A stretch of DNA of 64,000 bases from contig OZ316892.1 in NCBI GenBank assembly GCA_973895155.1, forward strand, positions 25,815,233 to 25,879,232, written 5' to 3'. Position numbers and translations under genes: made by a program. Positions 44,383-55,300 of this stretch are shown here, piece by piece. The notes under the pieces were generated by a model. The model was not told the origin of the DNA. It searched no databases and saw only the letters and a program-made list of their open reading frames with translations. The stretch's first letter is position 1, and every line of letters starts with the position of its first letter. This DNA is from Marsupella aquatica. Taxonomy: Eukaryota; Plantae; Marchantiophyta.

Positions 44383-46119
44383 GGTTCCAGACAAGTGCAG
44401 GTCATACTTTGACCAGTTTGACGGAGCTTGTTACAGATCATCAGCGTTTATATGCGCATTGATGTACACTATGGCTGTCAGGGCAGTACCAAAATCACTC
44501 CCTGATACAGATGACTGCTCTTACTTGGTCCACTACTGAATTGCTTGTAAATAAGATAACTAGCCCCTTCTCCTGCCCAATCGGTGCATGTTATTAGTCC
44601 CTCACATGTAATTACTTTTATGAACCACTGGTCGTGCTCAAGCATTGCATGTCACTAGTCTGTCTCCATGTATGGTTGGAAAATGTTGTCTTTTGGTTGA
44701 ATGAAGTTTCAAAAGCAGAGACGAGGTGACTTTTACACTCTTAATTGGATCGACATGTTTAGAAGATGAGAGGAACTAGGGTGGGAGGTGCTCTTTAGCT
44801 CAACACACAGAATCTGTCCCCATATTCTGAGAATTTTTCACGTGTGCTGAGTGTGAAATCCATCGAGCGGCTAGCGCAACTGCCTCTTGTGTGGATCGAA
44901 TTCTATCTCAAGATGGAGAATTCAAGAACCTCAATGGCTGTAGTATGAATCCTATATTTGTTCTTTTACCATGGCTTCTCGCCCGGACTTGTCTTAGTTT
45001 TGAGGCTGGAGGTTCTTTTTGGGCCCTGCCCTTTTTTGTCAGGGAGAGTTATAAATTTTCTCCTAGAAGTTCCAAGAATGAAAAACATACCCTTGAAGTT
45101 CCAAATTATCACAAGTACTTCTCCCAATTGTCCGGCGATGGTGTGTCTAGTTTCTCACAACGGCTGTCGCAGAATCGTCGTGTGGAGGACGGCTTTCATA
45201 CTACAGCCGTTGAAGGAATCTAATTTGTAATACATCCTAACAGCAATTCTAATGGATGTACGAGGACGATGATGCAGAAACGTTACTGCTGATTGATCAG
45301 AAATTGAATATTTTGGTCATGGAGTTTCAAAGGATTTTTCAGGTCTGGTGGTTTCGTTGACCTCAGCCATCCTTGCACATTTTATTGCACAAAAAAAACA
45401 TTCTTTGGACCCTCCTGTTGACATGCATCTTCATGGAAATGAGCACGACGAAAGTTGAGGAGAATAGAATTATGCATTGGCTGGTGAAACTCTGGTTGAG
45501 GTGACTGTGAGCTCAAGTTGTCTCATTCTCAAAGTAGTCTTATTTTGGTTGTCTCATTCTGCCCTAGCAGAACTGTCATGACTTGGAGCGCAAAGCATAT
45601 CCTGAATCCTAGTTTGAGCTCCTATTTGAATCATGAGTAATGTCGACATGACTCGGAGCGCAAAGCATATCCTGAATCCTAGTTTCAGCCCCTATTTGAA
45701 CCCTTATTAGTTCTTAGAGCATCTCCAGCGGTCCTCCTTTAACGCCCGCAAATGCCAAATATTAAGGATGGCAGTCAAATATGGAGACTTGCACCTCCCA
45801 CCGGTGCCCCGTATCCCTAAACTCATAGTGGCCGACTAGCCAACTTGGGTACACTCGCTGCCAGTTTTGGCATCATTGGAGGTCGCGAGACAAACCTGCC
45901 ATCCTGTCCCCCATTCTAATCAACAGACCGCACATCACCATGCGTCATCATCGCGAAGTGACCCTCTCCGTGTTTAACCAGACATGGCAAGTTTCAAAAT
46001 GTATGAATCTCCCGCGACGCTGTGAAATCACGACTTTTTTACTGTGTACCTTGAACATTCGTGCACTCCTCGTGTGCTCTCGACAGACATCCAATTGCAG
46101 ACATCGACACTGTAGGATC

Positions 46120-47142
46120 ATGGCAACCATCCGCGAGAAAAATTACACAGAAGAAGAATTGAAGCAACTTTGCTACAGCGTACTTCATGTCTCTCAAGAC
46201 CTGTGTGTAGGGAATGGACAACGAGCTGAGAAGTTTTTGGACCGGGTGTTTGAACACTACGAGAAGCACAAGCCGCGCAAGAGTGAGGTGAGGGGGAAGA
46301 AATCACTCGAAGGCAAGTGACATGACATCAAGCACGATGTCTCCAAATTCATTGGGTGTTTTCAGCAAGTAGATTCACGTCAGACTTCAGGGACCAACGA
46401 GGCGGATACATTGAGAGCTACGAAGGAGTTATACAAGGATAACCATCCAAAGCACAGGAATTTTTCATTTGAATCTTGTTATTTCATTTTGAAGGACTGC
46501 CCTAGGTGGAGCAATCCAACCAACGATATGGCGAAGGGGAAGGGCAAGAAAAAGGTAGCAGCGAAAGGTGCAGAGAAAGACAAGGACAGCTCGAGCCCAA
46601 CTCCAGAGGTTCTTGAGACATCAGATGATGACATTGCAGCACGAGAACCCAATGACTATGAGTCAGGATCAGCGAGCACGAAGAGACCTACAGGAAATCG
46701 GAGGGCGAAGGAAGAGTTAAAGTGAATGAAGCACCAAGAAGATGCTCTGAAGATGACAACGTTGGCTCAAAAAGAGATGGCCGCTGCCAATGTTCAACGT
46801 GCTCGAGTAGCTGAAAACAATTCCAATATGGCATTGCTTTCATTACCTACAAATAACATGACACCACAGTTGCAAGCTTTCATGGAGGAATGGAAGCTGG
46901 AAATTGCCATCAATTTGAAGCAACGAATGCAGCAGCATATACATGTCCAGCCAATTCCTCCAGTGACACACAATCCACTACCAAGCGTCCGACAGCCGGT
47001 ATTCCCAATGCCAACGCCACCTCCAAATGTTGTTCAGGAACCAGAGGCGTCTGAGGACGAAGGGGACGAAGCAATTGAAGTTCCAATCGGGGAGCAACCA
47101 ATGAACCAAGATGATTTTATGGCAATGCTTGAGCGAACATAA
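46120..47142 (+). pseudogene. Harbinger/Pong ORF1 Myb/SANT-like (NAM-associated) DNA-binding protein, disrupted
   Basis: MATIREKNYTEEELKQLC..VSQD..VGNGQ....F..RV..HY..SLEGK*HDIKHDVSKFIGC..SGTNE..FSFESCYFILKDCPRW..KRPTGNRRAKE. In-frame TGA at 46318 (W expected) and at 46723. Confidence 0.9.
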
Positions 47143-47593
47143 GTTTAGGTAGAAATTCCCTAAGTAGGTAGACTACATACAGGGGTAGCTTTGGTTCAAC
47201 AGGACTCACTCTTGTAAAGTTGGATGAGTTTAATATGAGGAATTTTTTGTGCTTCAGGCATTTCGCATTGTCGTGAAGGACTGATAATTAATCAAAAAAA
47301 TTCCAACACATGGATTGTATTACAACATTGTCACATCTGGTTTACAAAAATGCAGCCACCCTCAAGCCTGCCTTTGCAATTTCGAATTACATCCTACTCT
47401 ATGTATGTGTTGCTGTCTATATCCGCCTATTGCCTCAGAAAGAGATGGCCTCGAGGATGGCCTCTGCCAATGTGCCTCTATATCCGCCAATTGAAAAACC
47501 GGGATTGCACTAGCTCAAACATTGAAACTTACAAAAACAAAACTTGCTCTACAACAGACGACTTGTGTCCCCAATCAGTCCACTCCCTCCACT

Positions 47594-48427
47594 TTAGTCT
47601 GATGGCCATTGCCAATTGTAGATTTCACCATCAAATTGGTCATCTTCGCCATTCTCTGAATCAGAGAATTCCACCCTCGCCCTCCTTGCACGTCGAGGCT
47701 TCTTCCTCACTGCCCGAGTCTTCTTCTTCTCCATGCTTGTTTGGGGAGACGAAATGGGAGGTGCTTCCTCTCTTGCAATGACCACTGGGAGCGATCCAAC
47801 TGCATCAGCCTGGGTGGGAGCTTCATCGGGTGTAGGAGGTCGAACTGAAAAGGGAGTACTAGGCCTCTCCTGCCTCCTGCGCTCATCCACAGCTCGGATT
47901 GGAGGTGCCATAAATAATACTGGGGAGGAAACTGCTATTCCAATACCCAAGAGAATCACCCTCTCCCTCCACAACGTCAAGGCACAATTGCAAATGGGCA
48001 GCAAACGTCGAGGCACAATTGCCTCCAAGCAGCAAATGGGCAAGGCACGATTGCCTCCAGACAGCACACGTCGAGGCACTTGATCGAATTGCTCCACAGA
48101 ATGCCTCACTACAATCCTCATTGCATAATGTATACAAGGGTTTGCAGCGAGTGCTAGCTCCACCTGCAAGAGTAGAAGCTCCTGGTGAAAAAACGTGTTG
48201 GCAATCCTATAGAATAGGACCTGTCCTGCAACTTCTTTAATGTTGAAGTGACTTGTCTGGCTTGCCATCTCATGTGAATCAGGCACGATGCTGGACAGAA
48301 TTGACATGCCCTCAATTAAAGATGGTGACACAAACGATGTTTGGCACATGCAAACGAGACACTCACCAAGGTCAATTAGCAGTATAACCTGAGCCCCTTC
48401 GATGCCACAAGTGGTCGATTTAATCAT
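47594..48427 (-). CDS. Uninterrupted 277-codon third ORF inside the Harbinger element, unknown function
   Basis: Open from ATG 48427 to TAA; Pro-rich segment, basic KKKTRAVRKKPRRARRAR cluster and acidic/Trp C-terminus. No family recognised. Confidence 0.35.
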   Translation of the reverse strand: MIKSTTCGIEGAQVILLIDLGECLVCMCQTSFVSPSLIEGMSILSSIVPDSHEMASQTSHFNIKEVAGQVLFYRIANTFFHQELLLLQVELALAANPCIHYAMRIVVRHSVEQFDQVPRRVLSGGNRALPICCLEAIVPRRLLPICNCALTLWRERVILLGIGIAVSSPVLFMAPPIRAVDERRRQERPSTPFSVRPPTPDEAPTQADAVGSLPVVIAREEAPPISSPQTSMEKKKTRAVRKKPRRARRARVEFSDSENGEDDQFDGEIYNWQWPSD

Positions 48428-49714
48428 TTCTCAAGCGGAAATGGTTTTCTTTTGTGTGAATTTCCCTATTGGCCTCAAGGAATTCAAGCCAGGGCATTAA
48501 CCCTAGTCTCACATTTGGTGGCCTCACCCTCAGATATGGAGTAAACTCTTCACCTCTTTCATCCTCCAATATCATATTGTGGAGGACCACACATGCCATG
48601 AGAATGTGAGTCAAGTTTGACTCATACCAAGATCTTGCAGGCCTCTTGATAATTTCAAACCTGGCTTGGAGCACACCAAATGCCCTCTCAACATCTTTCC
48701 TGGCACCTTCTTGGCATCTAGCAAAGTGACTAAACTTTTCATTCTGTGGAGAATGAATAGTGGAAATGAACATTGTGGAGAATGAATAGTGGAAATGAAC
48801 ATTGACCACTCTGGATAGATGCCATCCACTAGAAGATATGCTCTATTATACTCAACACCATTCACATGGAATGAAACATTAGCAGAATCATTTGATAACC
48901 ATTCATTCAAAAGAGGGGATCTATCAAGCACATTCAAGTCATTGTTGCCCCCTGCCAAACCCCAGAATGCATGCCAGATCCAAAGTTCCTGATCTGCAAT
49001 TGCCTCCAGTATGATAGACTTGGTCTTATCCTTGTCACTGTATTGCCCCTGCCAAGCAACTGGGCAATTTTTCCATTGCCGGTGCATGCAATCCAAGGAT
49101 CCAAACATTCCTGGAAATCCCCTCTCTTGATTAATTTCCAAATGATTCTGAAAATCTTGAGCGTTTGGCTTTCTCAAGTACCTGGCTTCATAGATTTCCC
49201 TAATGGCTTTTGTAAATCGATACAAAGACTCCAAGGTTGTGCTCTCTCCGATTCTGCAATATTCATCCATGGCATCTGCCCCTATACCATAAGCTAGTTG
49301 TCGTAGAGCTGCCGTTATTTTCTGGTGTGGAGACAGACCTGGTTTTCTTGTTGCATCAAACTTCAAACAGAAATAATCATCATGTTCACACACTGCAAGA
49401 AGGATTTTGTTGAATAATCTACTGCTCATTCGAAACCTTCTTCGAAATTTGAGTTCTCCATATGTAGGATTATCAGAGAAATAATCGTTCCACAGATCCT
49501 GTGCACCCTTCTCTCTATTCTGGTTGACATTCATGCTTCTGCCTGGCCTTGACCCTCCATGTTTTCTTATCGTTGGAGGTGCCAGAATATACTGGATGGA
49601 CAACGGTCCACTATACATCATCATCCCCCAAAATCGATCCTCCTCATCCCAATCGTCTTCATCATCTTCCACCATGTTCAAGAAATCCTCCCTCCATGCC
49701 TCCATAGGATCCAT
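48372..49714 (-). pseudogene. Harbinger DDE transposase (Plant_tran/HARBI1-like), disrupted
   Basis: FRRRFRMS, GLSPHQKITAALRQLAYG, GFPGMFGSLDCMH, NNDLNVLDRSP, YLLVDGIYP, QEGARKDVERAFGVLQARF, ACVVLHNMI. Frameshift from a 29-bp tandem duplication at 48745-48802; premature TAA at 48420-48422 within RND*IDHLW. Confidence 0.95.
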
Positions 49715-50662
49715 ATCAGCAAACCCGCGCAAACTAAAATCTGAAAAACAGAGCACGGGCGATGGCGCACGACGTCGAGGAGGAGAAAGACACCAAAAAA
49801 CCAATTTTCTGTATCAGTCATCGCGAACATGACTGATGAGAAGATTGACCGGTTCGAACCGGGACTATACCAGTTCAAACCCTGGTTAACGAATACAGGT
49901 CGTATTTTGGAGGCGACCGGTGGGGAACGTTCAACTTGTCGTGTGCCACGCTATTTCCCAGGCGTTATTCCAGGGGTCAAATTTTTGGCTATAGCGGCCA
50001 AGGGCTGCCAAACCGTTGGAGATGCTCTTAAGTCAGAGATTATACTTTACTCACCCTGGATCTGTGCCTATTAAAGAAGATAAGAGTCACCCCAATTTGC
50101 GGCATTAAGTACAATTCTACTGATGTAGCCTGATCCAGATAAGTTTTATACTTTTTTCTTCAGCTTCTATGACACAGAATTGATGGGATAGTTACTCAGG
50201 AAACACATTAAATAAGATCAGAGTCACCACAATTTGCCCACATTAATTACAATTCTAATGATGTGGCCTCTGCTCTAGACAAGTTTTCATACCTTTTTCT
50301 TCCGCTTCTATAATATGGAAGTGATGGAATAGTTACCCGAGCTGCTCACGTTTTTCCACGTGGATGTGCTGTAAGCAAACAGAGTGCTCTCTTCCCTTTG
50401 CTGTACGCAGCTCAGCATGACATAAATTTGACACGGAACTAAAGTCACTGGTGCCTATGGATTTTTGGAGTCCTTTGCTATATCCAGAATGTCATGCCCA
50501 GAAAGTCACTCTCTTGAACTTTTTTTCCTCCTGAGTGTATGTATGCACCGAAAGGATTGTCTGGCCTGGGTTCTAAATTAAAAGCTGTTCCTAGATTGCT
50601 CCGAAAAGTATCCCTATTGCCCCAGTTTCCCTATTACCACAGTCAGTTTTTTTTTCACTTTC

Positions 50663-50785
50663 TGGTCACAGAATTAGCTCAGTAACCCTGTGACAGAATA
50701 ATTATCCTAAGGTGTTGGCTATTTGGTCACAGAATTAGCTTAGTAACCCTGTGACAGAATAATTATCCTAAGGTGTTGGCTATTT
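50663..50785. repeat. ~61-bp tandem duplication (further pairs at 45577-45700 and 50083-50335)
   Basis: tggtcacagaattagct.agtaaccctgtgacagaataattatcctaaggtgttggctattt occurs twice. Confidence 0.9.
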
Positions 50786-52330
50786 GAATTCATTTGGTTC
50801 TTTGGAGACAAAAAAAAAGAATAATTATCCTAGTCCTCATGGGTGCAGCCCATTTCCATCTCGAGGGTAATCTATAAGGATTTTTAAATTTGCGAGGATG
50901 GCTAGAGGTAGCTATGGAGAAGATGCTAAGAATATTACTTATCTCAATTTCCTATCTTCATCCCTGACCCTCAGATCTCAGTATATCCAAGGAGAGCCGT
51001 CAAAAGTGGCTAATGATTCTAAACGAAGGTGTGATTTGGCGAGTTTTGGCGACTAAAAAGACCCTGTCGACCATCTCCACACTTTTGTAGAGGATGTCAG
51101 TTTCAATTAATCATTGCTGACGACTCCGCTGATCGAAATCATTGCTCTCATCTCTTCCGTAGATCATTTTTGGAGCCCAGTTTTTTAAGACCGGTTTTTC
51201 AGGCCCGGTTTTGCGGTATGAGTGTCATCTCGCGACGGCTCCGCTTGTCGCTCTGTGGGAGGCTGATGAGCGGTGCTGGCGGATTGCTCTGTCATTTAGA
51301 GAGTGGGTGAGTCAGCCTCCTGACTCTTGATGTTCTCCCCAGGCTTCATGTACAAAAATTGCATCATTCTCGTGCTACTTTGCAGAAATCCTTCAATACT
51401 GTTGTTGTTTATCTGATCACCGTGTTACATTTTCGCTCGTCTCCCTCTCTTTCTTTCTCTCTTTCTTTCGCGGAATTACATCTCGCTTTTGGGAAGCCTT
51501 TCCAGTGGCGAATTGCCCAAGTCATTCGGTAAGTCATTGTGTTCCGTTTCAGTCGATTTATGCGGGCCCTGTAGTGGAGACAATGTTTCATGCCGGACAT
51601 CCGCTCTACATCTATCGCTTTTTCTGCTTGCTTTGCCAGTCCACAATCACGGATTTGACAAAGCTGTCGATGATCGAAGATATTCGGAGATTTTCGCCTT
51701 GTGCCGGTCGTTGTCCTCATGCAGTTTCGTTATTTAGCTTAGCTACTCGCGAATGCAAGTGTTTTGAGATGAGATGAAATGAGATTTAGATGCTTTCGCG
51801 TACATTGCGAAGATGCTATTTTCCTGTGTTCAATCGGGAAAAAACGCGAGTAGCCACGATCGGACACGTGACTAATGGCTATGCTGCTGAGTCATAGTCC
51901 ACGACTGACGATGCGGAGCAGATAGGTTAGGAACGAACAATTTTATTTTAGATATAATGTCATGTAATTCATTCACTCCCCTTCTTTTTCGCCTGTTCGA
52001 TTGTTCTAGTTCAAATTCTGAGGTGGAACTCGGAATTGTGAAGTCCCAATCCTTCTCGAACTGAGGTAGTAGTCGGATTTGTTTCGATTCGCCCCGGTGT
52101 AGTCGGTTTGAACTTTTCAGCGAAGGAAAGCATGAGGCGAAATTGCAAGTTGATAGTCGATAATTTGCTCGTAGCTTTAACATGCATGCCTTTCCAACGC
52201 TCCTAAAGCAAGGAACTCCTGGTCATTTTCTGTTCGATCGTTCTTTGGAGTGCCGTTACATCAGTTATATTCATCAAATGTACGCACGATATTGCTCCTC
52301 TGCAGGAATTTGAACACAACAGCTAGGACC

Positions 52331-55300
52331 ATGGTGCGAGTCCAGGATCTAAGCGCACGATTGAAACTAGCTCACGAGCACGGGGCACACAGAGACAATA
52401 GTACTCTGTCGCCTGCCGAGGAAAAGGCAGTAACTGGAGCTGACGCGCCCGAGGCGGCAGGAGCGAAAGAAGCCAGCAACAATGAATCTTCTACTGATGA
52501 GAAAGAGAAGTATGAAAGTTTTTATTGCCTTCGGTACTTTCTTCCACAACATTGCTTTGTTGTCGTCGAAAATGTGAGGCTGGGTTTGTATTAGTAATTC
52601 GCCGTCTTACAAATCTGAGTCGCCTTAGGAAGCTAGTCTAAGACTAAATTGAACGACGAGTACAGTGCGATTTAAATTGTACTCGTTTCCCATCAGATCT
52701 CGATTGCATTTCAAACTACTTAGTTGTGTTTTCTTTGACGCACAAGTTATATCAGCTACAGTTTAAGACGGATGTCGACGATTCAACCTTCGGTTTTTTC
52801 AACATGGTAGGATACCTGAGAGCAAATCTTGCGTACTCACTTTAATTTAGTCCCACATGTTCCGACAGATATGACGGGCATAGCATGCTGGCTCCTTTCA
52901 CGTCAGGGTTGCAACAAAGTTCTTCAGAACCGCTAGTGCTGCACAAATCTGAGGTAGACTGTCATCGATTTTAAAGTTGCTTAACGATTCCACTGCTTGA
53001 ACGTTGCCTGGTATCCACTCTGTTAGCTGCCGGGAACAGAATAGCTGGGGGTATCGTTGTTTGGAATGATATACGGTGTGTGCTCTTGAGAATCACTCAT
53101 ATCTGGCGGTAGGCAGGGTAACGCATTGCAATATGGAATATGACAACATTGAGTTTCTCTTTCAGGGAGTATACGTATATGATAATAAGGGCAAGAAGTA
53201 TTTGGATAGCCTTGCAGGCCTCTGGTGCACTGCTCTGGGTATGCCTTCCTTCACAATCTTCTCCTTTCATGAGTGGAGATAATTCAACAAATTTACAAGT
53301 GTTGAAAAGTACTTGTGTCGGTCTAGAGCTTAAATTCATGAGATGTGTGCGCATGGAAGTCTAGAGGAAACTCTCATGTATGACTTCACTAGTAGAAACT
53401 TTGTCCTATTGGTTTTCTATGTGAGCCTCTTCATTTTACAGAATGCAAATTAATATTGCGTCATTTTCAAATTTGCAGGAGGTAATGAGTCTCGCCTTAT
53501 AGATGCCTCTAAAAAGCAGATGAACTTACTCCCGTTCTACCATTCATTCTGGAATCGCACAACTGAGCCTTCCCTGGTACATACACTCCACGTGCCTTCA
53601 TCTGCTTAGGAGATCACCATCAAGCATTTCTGAATTGGGAGGCAACGGTAGTGTCACATGTTTAAGCCACATCAAAAGTACTGTTACATCAGTATCCATG
53701 CTGAGAAATTTAAACATTCAAAATCCTCTTGGCAATCCATTTTTGTCAAACAGATTTACAAAAGTGGAACTCCGTGTTAGTGGATAAGTTGTTTTCAAAG
53801 ATTGAATTGGTCGCAATCTCTTTAGGACAGTGCTTATATCTTTAAACCTGTATCAAATTGTTCCAGGAATTGGCCAAAGTGTTGGTGGATATGTTTAAGC
53901 CAACCAAAATGGCCAAAGTATTTTTCACCAACAGTGGATCGGAGGCGAACGACTCGCAGGTAAGGGCTACTGTACTCGAATTCCTTTGAATACTCTGGAA
54001 ACATTACTTCACGGTGGTATTGGCAGCAACGAGGATTGTGGAAGGCAAACTAGTGGTGTTTAGTCTGCGTTTGGGTGTGATTTGAGACATCATTTTTTCT
54101 TACTGGGTTGAGTGAATGTCTATTCTGAGTTCGTCACCGTCAACCCACGAAGAGGAACCTACTTTCCAGGGGCTTCCGAATTATCGATGTACAATGTGAA
54201 TCAAATACGGCGAGAAGATGTTACTGTGAACTCCATGTTACCATACACATGTGCAATATATGTTACCATATCTAAGAAGCTTTTTTGTTGTTAGATGTGA
54301 AATGCAGGATGCTGATCCTGTCGTCTTTTGACTTTCATGTATCTGACAGGTGAAGTTGGTGTGGTACTACAACAATGCTCGGGGAAAACCTGAGAAGAAG
54401 AAATTTATCGCAAGAACCAAGGCGTAAGTGCCACCATTCCGAGCCTCAAGATTTTTCGTGGAAGTCGTTCTCGTGCAAAAGAATATGTGATCAAGAGTTA
54501 CTCCTGTGCTTGTTTAGCTCCCGTTCCTTCTCGTACAGTCTTCAAGATTTTGGCTAGTCGCCTGACTGAAAGAATTTTATCAAATGGGATTGTCCTGACA
54601 TACCAATAGAGAGAAATTGTTGAGAATTATCTCAGCCTGGTTAAGATATCTTGTAGGCAATGCTTTTCTTGTGTTTGACATCGTCACAAATAAACTTTGT
54701 TCGCTTCAAATTTTCAGATATTAGTCCAGTTTTCACAATTTCCTGGCCAACCATGGATATTTAGACAGTGAAAGCTAACGACAGTAGGATGCTTGGTTAT
54801 AATACTCTTGGAATTTCGTACTTCTCCCTTGGAAACATATAGGAACGAACTTTTCAGTCTAGGCAATGTAATCGTGTTAGAGACTGTATAAACGTTTTGT
54901 ATTATATTGCCAGACTGAACTGAATAGTTGCACTTTTGGGGTTGTTGATGTACTTCATGTGCAGTTATCATGGATCAACAATAGTTGCTGCAAGTCTTTC
55001 AGGGTACGTTTTCTGATATGTCAGTTCCTCCTGTGCTCACAGAGTTGTCATCTTGACTGCTTTGTTGTCGTCCATGTTATTTACTCTCAAATCATGTAGA
55101 AAAGTATGGAGGTCATGCGTGGCTCTGATCTTAAGATGCATTTTTCAAAATGCGCAAAATTTTGCACGAGACATGTAGTTGTGCCCAATATAACCACAAT
55201 GCACCGTAACCATGCACCGTTTTTTTTGTGTCAATGCAGGTTGACGTCTCTTCAGTATGGTTTTGATCTACCAACCATATTTCCCTTTATCCTGCACACT

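Larger units (their letters stand above)
45717..50027. mobile_element. Full-length PIF/Harbinger (Pong-like) DNA transposon, 4311 bp, inactivated
   Basis: TIRs GAGCATCTCCAGCGGT / ACCGTTGGAGATGCTC (1 mismatch in 16); TTA TSD at 45714-45716 and 50028-50030; convergent Myb-like and DDE transposase genes. Confidence 0.97.

Noticed and set aside
49832-49860. CTGATGA motif as a retrozyme hammerhead
   Set aside because: No stem II plus GAAA or closing stems follow; it lies in the Harbinger subterminal region.
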